64,000 bases of DNA from Macrostomum lignano (lineage: Eukaryota): positions 496,001 to 560,000 of the forward strand of contig NIVC01000100.1 of the NCBI GenBank assembly GCA_002269645.1, in the 5' to 3' direction. Made by a program: the position numbers and the translations under genes. The notes under the pieces were generated by a model. It was given only the letters and a program-made list of their open reading frames with translations, was not told the DNA's origin and ran no database searches. The first letter of the stretch is position 1, and every line of letters begins with the position of its first letter. Below are positions 1-13,688 of the stretch, piece by piece.

Positions 1-3000
1 GAGATTCTAGCGTCAATTAAGCGCCGCAGGTGAGATTCTAGCGTCAATTAAGCGCCGCAGGTGAGATTCTAGCGTCAATTAAGCGCCGCAGGTGAGATTC
101 TAGCGCCAATCAAGCGCCGCAGGTGAGATTCTAGCGCCAATTAAACGCCGCAGGTGAGATTCTAGCGCCAATTAAACGCCGAAGGTGAGATTCAGCGCCA
201 ATTAAACGCCGAAGGTGAGATTCTAGCACCAATTAAACGCCGCAGGTGAGATTCTAGCGTCAATTAAGCGCCGCAGGTGAGATTCTAGCGTCAATTAAAC
301 GCCGCAGGTGAGATTCTAGCGTCAATTAAACGCCGCAGGTGAGATTCTAGCGCCAATTAAGCGCCGAAGGTGAGATTCAGCGCCAATTAAACGCCGAAGG
401 TGAGATTCTAGCACCAATTAAACGCCGCAGGTGACATTCTAGCGTCAATTAAACGCCGCAGGTGAGATTCTAGCGTCAATTAAGCGCCGCAGGTGAGATT
501 CTAGCTCCGCAGGTGAGATTCTAGCTCGGCAGGTGAGATTCTAGCTCTGCAGGTGAGATTCTAGCGTCAATTAAGCGCCGCAGGTGAGATTCTAGCGTCA
601 ATTAAGCGCCGCAGGTGAGATTCTAGCGCCAATCAAGCGCCGCAGGTGAGATTCTAGCGTCAATTAAGCGCCGCAGGTGAGATTCTAGCGCCAATCAAGC
701 GCCGCAGGTGAGATTCTAGCGTCAATTAAGCGCCGCAGGTGAGATTCTAGCGTCAATTAAACGCCGCAGGTGAGATTCTAGCGTCAATTAAGCGCCGCAT
801 GTGAGATTCTAGCGTCAATTAAGCGCCGCAGGTGAGATTCTAGCGTCAATTAAACGCCGCAGGTGAGATTCTAGCGTCAATTAAGCGCCGCATGTGAGAT
901 TCTAGCGCCAATTAAACGCCGAAGGTGAGATTCAGCGCCAATTAAACGCCGAAGGTGAGATTCTAGCACCAATTAAACGCCGCAGGTGAGATTCTGGCGC
1001 CAATTAAGCGCCGCAGGTGAGATTCTAGCGTCAATTAAGCGCCGCAGGTGAGATTCTAGCGCCAATCAAGCGCCGCAGGTAAGATTCTAGCGTCAATTAA
1101 GCGCCGCAGGTGAGATTCTAGCGCCAATTAAACGCCGAAGGTGAGATTCTAGCGCCAATTAAACGCCGCAGATGTGACTCTAGCGCCAATTAAACGCCGC
1201 AGGTGAGATTCTAGCGCCAATTAAACGCCGAAGGTGAGATTCAGCGCCAATTAAACGCCGAAGGTGAGATTCTAGCACCAATTAAACGCCGCAGGTGAAA
1301 TTCTAGCGCCAATTAAACGCCGAAGGTGAGATTCTAGCGCCAATTAAACGCCGCAGGTGAGATTCTAGCGTCAATTAAGCGCCGCAGGTGAGATTCTAGC
1401 TCCGCAGGTGAGATTCTAGCTCGGCAGGTGAGATTCTAGCTCTGCAGGTGAGATTCTAGCGTCAATTAAGCGCCGCAGGTGAGATTCTAGCGTCAATTAA
1501 GCGCCGCTGGTGAGATTCTAGCGCCAATCAAGCGCCGCAGGTGAGATTCTAGCGTCAATTAAGCGCCGCAGGTGAGATTCTAGCGCCAATCAAGCGCCGC
1601 AGGTGAGATTCTAGCGTCAATTAAGCGCCGCAGGTGAGATTCTAGCGTCAATTAAGCGCCGCAGGTGAGATTCTAGCGTCAATTAAGCGCCGCAGGTGAG
1701 ATTCTAGCGCCAATCAAGCGCCGCAGGTGAGATTCTAGCGCCAATTAAACGCCGCAGGTGAGATTCTAGCGCCAATTAAACGCCGAAGGTGAGATTCAGC
1801 GCCAATTAAACGCCGAAGGTGAGATTCTAGCACAATTAAACGCCGCAGGTGAGATTCTAGCGTCAATTAAGCGCCGCAGGTGAGATTCTAGCGTCAATTA
1901 AACGCCGCAGGTGAGATTCTAGCGTCAATTAAACGCCGCAGGTGAGATTCTAGCGCCAATTAAGCGCCGAAGGTGAGATTCAGCGCCAATTAAACGCCGA
2001 AGGTGAGATTCTAGCACCAATTAAACGCCGCAGGTGACATTCTAGCGTCAATTAAACGCCGCAGGTGAGATTCTAGCGTCAATTAAGCGCCGCAGGTGAG
2101 ATTCTAGCTCCGCAGGTGAGATTCTAGCTCGGCAGGTGAGATTCTAGCTCTGCAGGTGAGATTCTAGCGTCAATTAAGCGCCGCAGGTGAGATTCTAGCG
2201 TCAATTAAGCGCCGCAGGTGAGATTCTAGCGCCAATCAAGCGCCGCAGGTGAGATTCTAGCGTCAATTAAGCGCCGCAGGTGAGATTCTAGCGCCAATCA
2301 AGCGCCGCAGGTGAGATTCTAGCGTCAATTAAGCGCCGCAGGTGAGATTCTAGCGTCAATTAAACGCCGCAGGTGAGATTCTAGCGTCAATTAAGCGCCG
2401 CATGTGAGATTCTAGCGTCAATTAAGCGCCGCAGGTGAGATTCTAGCGTCAATTAAACGCCGCAGGTGAGATTCTAGCGTCAATTAAGCGCCGCATGTGA
2501 GATTCTAGCGCCAATTAAACGCCGAAGGTGAGATTCAGCGCCAATTAAACGCCGAAGGTGAGATTCTAGCACCAATTAAACGCCGCAGGTGAGATTCTGG
2601 CGCCAATTAAGCGCCGCAGGTGAGATTCTAGCGTCAATTAAGCGCCGCAGGTGAGATTCTAGCGCCAATCAAGCGCCGCAGGTAAGATTCTAGCGTCAAT
2701 TAAGCGCCGCAGGTGAGATTCTAGCGCCAATTAAACGCCGAAGGTGAGATTCTAGCGCCAATTAAACGCCGCAGATGTGACTCTAGCGCCAATTAAACGC
2801 CGCAGGTGAGATTCTAGCGCCAATTAAACGCCGAAGGTGAGATTCAGCGCCAATTAAACGCCGAAGGTGAGATTCTAGCACCAATTAAACGCCGCAGGTG
2901 AAATTCTAGCGCCAATTAAACGCCGAAGGTGAGATTCTAGCGCCAATTAAACGCCGCAGGTGAGATTCTAGCGTCAATTAAGCGCCGCAGGTGAGATTCT

Positions 3001-6000
3001 AGCTCCGCAGGTGAGATTCTAGCTCGGCAGGTGAGATTCTAGCTCTGCAGGTGAGATTCTAGCGTCAATTAAGCGCCGCAGGTGAGATTCTAGCGTCAAT
3101 TAAGCGCCGCTGGTGAGATTCTAGCGCCAATCAAGCGCCGCAGGTGAGATTCTAGCGTCAATTAAGCGCCGCAGGTGAGATTCTAGCGCCAATCAAGCGC
3201 CGCAGGTGAGATTCTAGCGTCAATTAAGCGCCGCAGGTGAGATTCTAGCGTCAATTAAGCGCCGCAGGTGAGATTCTAGCGTCAATTAAGCGCCGCAGGT
3301 GAGATTCTAGCGCCAATCAAGCGCCGCAGGTGAGATTCTAGCGCCAATTAAACGCCGCAGGTGAGATTCTAGCGCCAATTAAACGCCGAAGGTGAGATTC
3401 AGCGCCAATTAAACGCCGAAGGTGAGATTCTAGCACCAATTAAACGCCGCAGGTGAGATTCTAGCGTCAATTAAGCGCCGCAGGTGAGATTCTAGCGTCA
3501 ATTAAACGCCGCAGGTGAGATTCTAGCGTCAATTAAACGCCGCAGGTGAGATTCTAGCGCCAATTAAGCGCCGAAGGTGAGATTCAGCGCCAATTAAACG
3601 CCGAAGGTGAGATTCTAGCACCAATTAAACGCCGCAGGTGAGATTCTAGCGTCAATTAAACGCCGAAGGTGAGATTCTAGCGCCAATTAAACGCCGCAGG
3701 TGAGATTCTAGCGTCAATTAAGCGCCGCAGGTGAGATTCTAGCTCCGCAGGTGAGATTCTAGCTCGGCAGGTGAGATTCTAGCTCTGCAGGTGAGATTCT
3801 AGCGTCAATTAAGCGCCGCAGGTGAGATTCTAGCGTCAATTAAGCGCCGCAGGTGAGATTCTAGCGCCAATCAGCGCCGCAGGTGAGATTCTAGCGTCAA
3901 TTAAGCGCCGCAGGTGAGATTCTAGCGCCAATCAAGCGCCGCAGGTGAGATTCTAGCGTCAATTAAGCGCCGCAGGTGAGATTCTAGCGTCAATTAAGCG
4001 CCGCAGGTGAGATTCTAGCGTCAATTAAGCGCCGCAGGTGAGATTCTAGCGCCAATCAAGCGCCGCAGGTGAGATTCTAGCGCCAATTAAACGCCGCAGG
4101 TGAGATTCTAGCGCCAATTAAACGCCGAAGGTGAGATTCAGCGCCAATTAAACGCCGAAGGTGAGATTCTAGCACCAATTAAACGCCGCAGGTGAGATTC
4201 TAGCGTCAATTAAGCGCCGCAGGTGAGATTCTAGCGTCAATTAAACGCCGCAGGTGAGATTCTAGCGTCAATTAAACGCCGCAGGTGAGATTCTAGCGCC
4301 AATTAAGCGTCGCCGGTGAGATTCTAGCTCCGCAGGTGAGATTCTAGCTCGGCAGGTGAGATTCTAGCTCCGCAGGTGAGATTCTAGCTCCGCAGGTAAG
4401 ATTCTAGCTCCGCAGGTGAGATTATAGCTCGACAGGTGAGATTATAGCTCGGCAGGTGAGATTCTAGCTACGCAGGGGAGATTCTAGCGTCAATTAAGCG
4501 CCGCAAGTGAGATTCTAGCTCCGCAGGTGAGATTCTAGCTCGGCAGGTGAGATTCTAGCTCGGCAGGTGAGATTCTAGCTACGCAGGTGAGATTCTAGCG
4601 TCAATTAAGCGCCGCAGGTGAGATTCTAGCTCCGCAGGTGAGATTCTAGCGCCAATTAAGCGTCGCAGGTGAGATTCTAGCGCAAATTAAGCGTCGCAGG
4701 TGAGATTCTAGCTCTGCAGGTGAGATTCTAGCTTCGCAGGTGAGATACTAGCTCTGCAGGTGAGATTCTAGCTCTGCAGGTGAGATTCTAGCTTCGCAGG
4801 TGAGATTATAGCTCGACAGGTGAGATTCTAGCTCGGCAGGTGAGATTTAGCTCGGCAGGTGAGATTCTAGCTACGCAGGTGAGATTCTAGCGTCAATTAA
4901 GCGCCGCAGGTGAGATTCTAGCTCCGCAGGTGAGATTCTAGCGCCAATTAAGCGTCGCAGGTGAGATTCTAGCGCAAATTAAGCGTCGCAGGTGAGATTC
5001 TAGCTCTGCAGGTGAGATTCTAGCTTCGCAGGTGAGATACTAGCTCTGCAGGTGAGATTCTAGCTCTGCAGGTGAGATTCTAGCTTCGCAGGTGAGATTC
5101 TAGCTCGGCAGGTGAGATTCTAGCTACGCAGGTGAGATTCTAGCGTCAATTAAGCGCCGCAGGTGAGATTCTAGCTCCGCAGGTGAGATTCTAGCGTCAA
5201 TTAAGCGCCGCAGGTGAGATTCTAGCGCCAATCAAGCGCCGCAGGTGAGATTCTAGCGTCAATTAAGCGCCGCAGGTGAGATTCTAGCGTCAATTAAGCG
5301 CCGCAGGTGAGATTCTAGCGTCAATTAAGCGCCGCAGATGAGATTCTAGCGCCAATTAAACGCCGCAGGTGAGATTCTAGCGCCAATTAAACGCCGAAGG
5401 TGAGATTCAGCGCCAATTAAACGCCGAAGGTGAGATTCTAGCACCAATTAAACGCCGCAGGTGAGATTCTAGCGTCAATTAAGCGCCGCAGGTGAGATTC
5501 TAGCGTCAATTAAACGCCGCAGGTGAGATTCTAGCGTCAATTAAACGCCGCAGGTGAGATTCTAGCGTCAATTAAACGCCGCAGGTGAGATTCTAGCGCC
5601 AATTAAGCGTCGCCGGTGAGATTCTAGCTCCGCAGGTGAGATTCTAGCTCGGCAGGTGAGATTCTAGCTCCGCAGGTGAGATTCTAGCTCGGCAGGTGAG
5701 ATTCTAGCTCCGCAGGTGAGATTATAGCTCGACAGGTGAGATTCTAGCTCGGCAGGTGAGATTCTAGCTCGGCAGGTGAGATTCTAGCTCGGCAGGTGAG
5801 ATTCTAGCTACGCAGGTGAGATTCTAGCGTCAATTAAGCGCCGCAGGTGAGATTCTAGCTCCGCAGGTGAGATTCTAGCGCCAATTAAGCGTCGCAGGTG
5901 AGATTCTAGCGCAAATTAAGCGTCGCAGGTGAGATTCTAGCTCTGCAGGTGAGATTCTAGCTTCGCAGGTGAGATACTAGCTCTGCAGGTGAGATTCTAG

Positions 6001-6622
6001 CTCTGCAGGTGAGATTCTAGCTTCGGAGGTGAGATTATAGCTCGACAGGTGAGATTCTAGCTCGGCAGGTGAGATTCTAGCTCGGCAGGTGAGATTCTAG
6101 CTCGGCAGGTGAGATTCTAGCTACGCAGGTGAGATTCTAGCGTCAATTAAGCGCCGCAGGTGAGATTCTAGCTCCGCAGGTGAGATTCTAGCGCCAATTA
6201 AGCGTCGCAGGTGAGATTCTAGCGCAAATTAAGCGTCGCAGGTGAGATTCTAGCTCTGCAGGTGAGATTCTAGCTTCGCAGGTGAGATACTAGCTCTGCA
6301 GGTGAGATTCTAGCTCTGCAGGTGAGATTCTAGCTTCGCAGGTGAGATTCTAGCTCGGCAGGTGAGATTCTAGCTACGCAGGTGAGATTCTAGCGTCAAT
6401 TAAGCGCCGCAGGTGAGATTCTAGCTCCGCAGGTGAGATTCTAGCGTCAATTAAGCGCCGCAGGTGAGATTCTAGGCCAATTAAGCGTCGCAGGTGAGAT
6501 TCTAGCGCAAATTAAGCGTCGCAGGTGAGATTCTAGCTCGGCAGGTGAGATTCTAGCTCTGCAGGTGAGATTCTAGCTTCGCAGGTGAGATTCTAGCGCC
6601 AATTAAGCACCACAAGTGAGAT
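1..6622. repeat. 31-bp satellite (GAGATTCTAGCGTCAATTAAGCGCCGCAGGT) with 20-bp short variant and ~1603-bp higher-order period; runs off the window start
   Basis: Direct tandem units. Rare variants recur at a fixed offset (GTGACAT 431/2034; GATGTGACTC 1171/2774). Confidence 0.97.
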
Positions 6623-7204
6623 ATCTCGATAATATTTATTAGATCCTTAACAAAACTGATTCAGGACCATCAAAGAGCAAAAATCAAAATTACAAGTCTG
6701 CATGATTCATAAGAAAGAGACTAACCCATATCGTGTAGTGTTTATATTACGCATTTGCTTACTCAAACATACAGGCTTTCAAGTCACTATAAGAACAAAA
6801 AACAGCAGCCTTGATGTAGCTTGTAGCTCTAAAAGGGTGTTTTCTTGCAAAGTAGGGAGTATAATATTTCATGGAAATAGAATACCAAAAAACTGCAAGT
6901 TTCTATCTGAAGACAAGGTCAGGTAATCATCAGAATACTAAAATTCTCAATTATTTTAACATGAAGAAGATAAGTTTGCTTACCTTATAAATTTGTATTG
7001 TATTAATTAAGATAACTAATATGCAGTTTCCAAAAAATGGAAATATCAGATTTCAACTCATCCATTATTAACCTCAGACCACGAATAAGACCGCGTTCGA
7101 GTTCGCGTTAAAAGCAAACAGACAGCGCGTTTATGTTTAATTTAGAACCAGCAATCACACATCAGTCCCTATGTGTTAATCTCCCCATAGGATCTTAAAT
7201 TCTC

Positions 7205-10200
7205 AACTGAGAACCTCCCCATGGGATACTAGATCCTCATTCCCAACTGAGAACCTCCCCATTGGATCCTATAGATCCTCATTCCTAACTGAGAATCTCC
7301 CCATGGGATCCTAGATCCTCCTTCCTAACTGAGAACCTCCCCATGGGATCCTAGATCCTCCTTCCTAACTGAGAACCTCCCCATGGGATCCTAGATCCTC
7401 CTTCCTAACTGAGAATCTCCCCATGGGATCCTAGATCCTCCTTCCTAACTGAGAATCTCCCCAATGGATCCTAGATCCTCCTTCCTAACTGAGAATCTCC
7501 CCATGGGATCCTAGATCCTCCTTCCTAACTGAGAATCTCCCCATGGGATCCTAGATCCTCATTCCTAACTGAGAATCTCCCCATGGGATCCTAGACCTAG
7601 ATCCTCATTCCCAACTGAGAATCTCCCTATGGGATCCTAGATCCTCATTCCCAACTGAGAATCTCCCCATCGGATCCTAGATCCTCCTTCCTAACTGAGA
7701 ATCTCCCCATGGGATCCTAGATCCTCATTCCCAACTGAGAATCTCCCCATGGGATCCTAGATCCTCATTCCCAACTGAGAATCTCCCCATGGGATCCTAT
7801 AGATCCTCATTCCTAACTGAGAATCTCCCCATGGGATCCTAGATCCTCATTCCCAACTGAGAATCTCCCCATGGGATCCTATAGATCCTCATTCCCAACT
7901 GAGAATCTCCCCATGGGATCCTAGATCCTCATTCCCAACTGAGAATCTCCCCATGGGATCCTAGATCCTCATTCCCAACTGAGAATCTCCCTATGGGATA
8001 CTAAATCCTAATTCCCAACTGAGAATCTCCCCATGGGATCCTATAGATCCTCATTCCCAACTGAGAATCTCCCCATGGGATCCTATAGATCCTCATTCCC
8101 AACTGAGAATCTCCCTATGGGATCCTAGATCCTCATTCCCAACTGAGAATCTCCCCATGGGATCCTAGATCCTCATTCCCAACTGAGAATCTCCCCATCG
8201 GATCCTAGATCCTCCTTCCTAACTGAGAATCTCCCCATGGATCCTAGATCCTCATTCCCAACTGAGAATCTCCCCATGGGATCCTAGATCCTCATTCCCA
8301 ACTGAGAATCTCCCCATGGGATCCTATAGATCCTCATTCCTAACTGAGAATCTCCCCATGGGATCCTAGATCCTCATTCCCAACTGAGTATCTCCCCATG
8401 GGATCCTAGATCCTCATTCCCAACTGAGAATCTCCCCATGGGATCCTAGATCCTCATTACCAACTGAGAATCTCCCCATGGGATCCTAGATCCTCATTCC
8501 CAACTGAGAATCTCCCCATGGGATCCTAGATCCTCATTCCCAACTGAGAATCTCCCTATGGGATACTAAATCCTCATTCCCAACTGAGAATCTCCCCATG
8601 GGATCCTAGATCCTCATTCCCAACTGAGAATCTCCCCATCGGATCCTAGATCCTCCTTCCTAACTGAGAATCTCCCCATGGGATCCTAGATCCTCATTCC
8701 CAACTGAGAATCTCCCCATGGGATCCTAGATCCTCATTCCCAACTGAGAATCTCCCCATGGGATCCTATAGATCCTCATTCCTAACTGAGAATCTCCCCA
8801 TGGGATCCTAGATCCTCATTCCCAACTGAGAATCTCCCCATGGGATCCTAGATCCTCATTCCCAACTGAGAATCTCCCCATCGGATCCTAGATCCTCCTT
8901 CCTAACTGAGAATCTCCCCATGGGATCCTAGATCCTCATTCCCAACTGAGAATCTCCCCATGGGATCCTAGATCCTCATTCCCAACTGAGAATCTCCCCA
9001 TGGGATCCTATAGATCCTCATTCCTAACTGAGAATCTCCCCATGGGATCCTAGATCCTCATTCCCAACTGAGAATCTCCCCATGGGATCCTAGATCCTCC
9101 TTCCTAACTGAGAATCTCCCCATGGGATCCTAGATCCTCCTTCCTAACTGAGAATCTCCCCATGGGATCCTAGATCCTCCTTCCTAACTGAGAATCTCCC
9201 CATGGGATCCTAGATCCTCATTCCTAACTGAGAATCTCCCCATGGGATCCTAGACCTAGATCCTCATTCCCAACTGAGAATCTCCCTATGGGATCCTAGA
9301 TCCTCATTCCCAACTGAGAATCTCCCCATCGGATCCTAGATCCTCCTTCCTAACTGAGAATCTCCCCATGGGATCCTAGATCCTCATTCCCAACTGAGAA
9401 TCTCCCCATGGGATCCTAGATCCTCATTCCCAACTGAGAATCTCCCCATGGGATCCTATAGATCCTCATTCCTAACTGAGAATCTCCCCATGGGATCCTA
9501 GATCCTCATTCCCAACTGAGAATCTCCCCATGGGATCCTATAGATCCTCATTCCTAACTGAGAATCTCCCCATGGGATCCTAGATCCTCATTCCCAACTG
9601 AGAATCTCCCCATGGGATCCTAGATCCTCATTCCCAACTGAGAATCTCCCTATGGGATACTAATCCTATTCCCAACTGAGAATCTCCCCATGGGATCCTA
9701 TAGATCCTCATTCCCAACTGAGAATCTCCCCATGGGATCCTAGATCCTCATTCCCAACTGAGAATCTCCCTATGGGATCCTAGATCCTCATTCCCAACTG
9801 AGAATCTCCCCATGGGATCCTAGATCCTCATTCCCAACTGAGAATCTCCCCATCGGATCCTAGATCCTCCTTCCTAACTGAGAATCTCCCCATGGGATCC
9901 TAGATCCTCATTCCCAACTGAGAATCTCCCCATGGGATCCTAGATCCTCATTCCCAACTGAGAATCTCCCCATGGGATCCTATAGATCCTCATTCCTAAC
10001 TGAGAATCTCCCCATGGGATCCTAGATCCTCATTCCCAACTGAGATCTCCCCATGGGATCCTAGATCCTCATTCCCAACTGAGAATCTCCCCATGGGATC
10101 CTAGATCCTCATTACCAACTGAGAATCTCCCCATGGGATCCTAGATCCTCATTCCCAACTGAGAATCTCCCCATGGGATCCTAGATCCTCATTCCCAACT

Positions 10201-10618
10201 GAGAATCTCCCTATGGGATCTAAATCCTCATTCCCAACTGAGAATCTCCCCATGGGATCCTAGATCCTCATTCCCAACTGAGAATCTCCCCATCGGATCC
10301 TAGATCCTCCTTCCTAACTGAGAATCTCCCCATGGGATCCTAGATCCTCATTTCCAACTGAGAATCTCCCCATGGGATCCTAGATCCTCATTCCCAACTG
10401 AGAATCTCCCCATGGGATCCTATAGATCCTCATTCCTAACTGAGAATCTCCCCATGGGATCCTAGATCCTCATTCCCAACTGAGAATCTCCCCATGGGAT
10501 CCTATAGATCCTCATTCCCAACTGAGAATCTCCCCATGGGATCCTAGATCCTCATTCCCAACTGAGAATCTCCCCATGGGATCCTAGATCCTCATTCCCA
10601 ACTGAGATTCTCCCCATG
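7205..10618. repeat. 40-bp satellite (AACTGAGAATCTCCCCATGGGATCCTAGATCCTCATTCCC)
   Basis: Tandem units with 40-bp spacing (e.g. 7693/7733). Rare variants recur ~1.66 kb apart. Confidence 0.97.
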
Positions 10619-12367
10619 GAATTTCCAATAATTTCAAATTCGCTATTGAAGTGGTGAATCTCGTTTCCCATTTAATAAGGGGATTCTAATTTTCTTAAAG
10701 ATAGTTATAAAATGTTATAATTAAATTAAAATGTGGGATAAAACGTAATGAGATGAGTTAACGGTTGCCAGGAGAGCTAGCGAGGTGTTCAGATGGACTT
10801 GGACAAAGCAAATTTTGAACAAAAACTTCATTTCTGACGTATTTGTTACACAAAACCGCTTTGCCTAATTAATTAATACATAGCACATCTAAACAACCCA
10901 CTACCTCACCTTGGTAAATTTGATTAACAAATTAACAACCGATTAAATATATAATTATTAATCACTTGTAGTTTCGTTTGGTTCGGTTTGCAGCCTTTGC
11001 TAAAAAAAACGCCGCATAAGCAAAAATTTCGCAATAAAACAAAACTGGCCCTCGCTTACGCACAGAAGTCTCCAGCGGCGCACAGATTTTTTTCTTAAGC
11101 CGACGATTATTAGGCGACGAAAAATTTTGGAGCTCCCGTCCCGTCCCGCCGGGCCCGCCCCGATTCCGCCCGGCCAGAAAATCGTTGGCGCGTTGCGGGC
11201 AAACGGGGGAGGGAGGGCCTTGAAAAGCCATGGAAATATATATATTTTTAACCCCCCCCCCCTCCTGCCCGCAGGGGCTTGTTGGGTTGAGGTTGGGCCC
11301 GCCGCCGGCCGGCACCAGGAGGGTATGAGATTTCTACTGTGCAGCGGCGGGGACTATGGCGTGGAATTGGGTATAGAGAGCTAGTCTAAAAAACGTTTGG
11401 CTGAACGGAGGGGGTTGGGACTGCGAGACTTGCGGGGGCGCGGTTGGTTGTGCCTTTGTCTGGGGTGGTGGGCGCAACAACACCCCCGGGCCACCACTCC
11501 CCTCCTCCCCGGCCACCCCCCTCCGCTAAGTGGAGTGGAGGCCCTGGTTGTAAACTGACGTCAGGTCTATTAATAAAACGTGCTCCCCTCCCCCAGCCGG
11601 CCACGGGCCCTGGAGGGTTTGGATAGAGAAGGGAGTTATTACATTGAAGCGAGAATGGTCCTAGACTTGAACTATATAAAACTGGCAAATCCAAGCGTCG
11701 TGCATGTACATACACACACACACACATATACACACCGCGAACACAGTGACGCCCACCATCCCAAGGCTGCGCAAATAATCACGTGCCCCTCCCCGCAATT
11801 TTTTTACAGAACTAATACTGACTTTGCGCTTGCGGTTTATGGAAGGGTAAGGGAGGGGGGGGCAGCGGCGGCGGGTGCGGGACGAGAGGCCGGGACTTGG
11901 AAGCCATGCATTTGGCCTGGCTCACTGTCTGGCTTGGGCTAAGAAAGGAACTCGGTTAGAGAAATTTATCAAGCCCCAGCTGGTCCAGTTCTTCCTTACA
12001 GCAAACACCGACCCCCGACCCGTTCTCTCTCCCCTCTCTCAAACGCCCCACCAAACTAAAACTAAATCAAACCACCCCGCCCGCTGGTGCGGGGAGGGGG
12101 TGGGAGTCTGACTATCGGGGACAGATTTTCAACTTGCAGTTGGGACAGCTGGGAGACACCCGCTTGGACTGATCGGCCAATAAGGCTTAATACCTAAAGC
12201 CCTACAGTTACAGAGCCTTAACCGCTTTGTGCTAAATATTACGAAATGATCGAAAAACAGACAAAAAACCTAAACCTCTGCTTCCTAGGTTTAAATTTAT
12301 TAAGGAAACCTCTGCTTATGGAGTCCAGGGCCAGGCATTAGATTTATATTTTGGCAAGGCCGAAAAC

Positions 12368-12602
12368 CAATGACGGATACACGGGGGTCAAGAGGGTCAG
12401 CTGACCCCGTGAGAAAATTAAGGGGGTCATTGATCCCATATAGAATTTGAAACAAAAATTTTACTGTTTTGTACCATATGTGCAAGGGTTGCACTGAGAC
12501 CAAGCAGACCATTACTCAATGCGGCTCCGGGGGGAGGGGGTCAACGGGGGGTCAGGGGTCAGCTGACCCCGTAGTGAAAAATCTTAAACCCACCCCGGCC
12601 CC
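12368..12602. repeat. Two direct copies of a GC-rich module containing palindrome GGGTCAGCTGACCC; possible non-autonomous DNA-transposon end fragments
   Basis: Palindromes at 12394-12407 and 12555-12570, each preceded by CAATG(A)CGG and G-runs. TE assignment is inference only. Confidence 0.35.
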
Positions 12603-12605
12603 TGG

Positions 12606-13688
12606 CCGAAGGTGAGATTCTAGCGCCAATGAAACGCCGCAGGTGAGATTCTAGCGTCAATTAAACGCCGCAGATGAGATTCTAGTGCCAATTAAGCGCC
12701 GCAGATGAGATTCTAGCGCCAATGAAACGCCGCAGGTGAGATTCTAGTGCCAATTAAGCGCCGCAGGTGAGATTCTAGTGCCAATTAAGCGCCGCAGGTG
12801 AGATTCTAGCGCCAATTAAGCGCCGCAGGTGAGATTCTAGCGCCAATTAAACGCAGCAGGTGAGATTCTAGCGTCAATTAAACGCCACAGGTAAGATTCT
12901 AGCGCCAATTAAGCGCCGCAGGTGAGATTCTAGCGCCAATTAAGCGCCGCAGGTGAGATTCTAGCGCGAATTAAACGCCGCAGGTGAGATTCTAGCGCGA
13001 ATTAAACGCATCAGGTGAGATTCTAGCGCCAATTAAACGCAGCAGGTGAGATTCTAGCGCCAACTAAACGCCGCAGGTGAGATTCTAGCGCCAACTAAAC
13101 GCCGCAGGTGAGATTCTAGCGCCAACTAAACGCCGCAGGTGAGATTCTAGCGCCAACTAAACGCCGCAGGTGAGATTCTAGCGCCAATTAAGCGCCGAAG
13201 ATGAGATTCTAGCGCCAATTAAACGCCGCAGATGAGATTCTAACGCCAATCAAGTGTCGCATGTGAGATTCTAGCGCCAATTAAACGCCGCAGGTGAGAT
13301 TCTAGCGCCAATTAAGCGCTGAAGATGAGCAGGTGAGATTCTAGCGCCAATTAAACGCCGCAGGTGAGATTCTAGCGCCAATTAAGCGCTGAAGATGAGC
13401 AGGTGAGATTCTAGCGCCAATTAAACGCCGCAGATGAGATTCTAACGCCAATCAAGTGTCGCATGTGAGATTCTAGCGCCAATTAAACGCCGCAGGTGAG
13501 ATTCTAGCGCCAATTAAGCGCTGAAGATGAGCAGGTGAGATTCTAGCGCCAATTAAACGCCGCAGGTGAGATTCTAGCGCCAATTAAGCGCTGAAGATGA
13601 GCAGGTGAGATTCTAGCGCCAATGAAACGCCGCAGGTGAGATTCTAGCGCCAATTAAGCGCCGCAGGTGAGATTCTAGGTGAGATTTC
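12606..13688. repeat. Second, more diverged array of the 31-bp satellite
   Basis: Same unit as 1-6622, plus a 40-bp variant containing GCGCTGAAGATGAGCAGGT. Confidence 0.95.

Noticed and set aside
10962-12111. Cluster of 60-120-aa ORFs in GC-rich unique DNA
   Set aside because: Low-complexity, overlapping on both strands, with no domains or consistent splice model.
1-13688. CRISPR-like appearance of the 31-bp and 40-bp palindromic repeats
   Set aside because: Units are directly adjacent with no unique spacers, there are no cas genes, and the context is eukaryotic.
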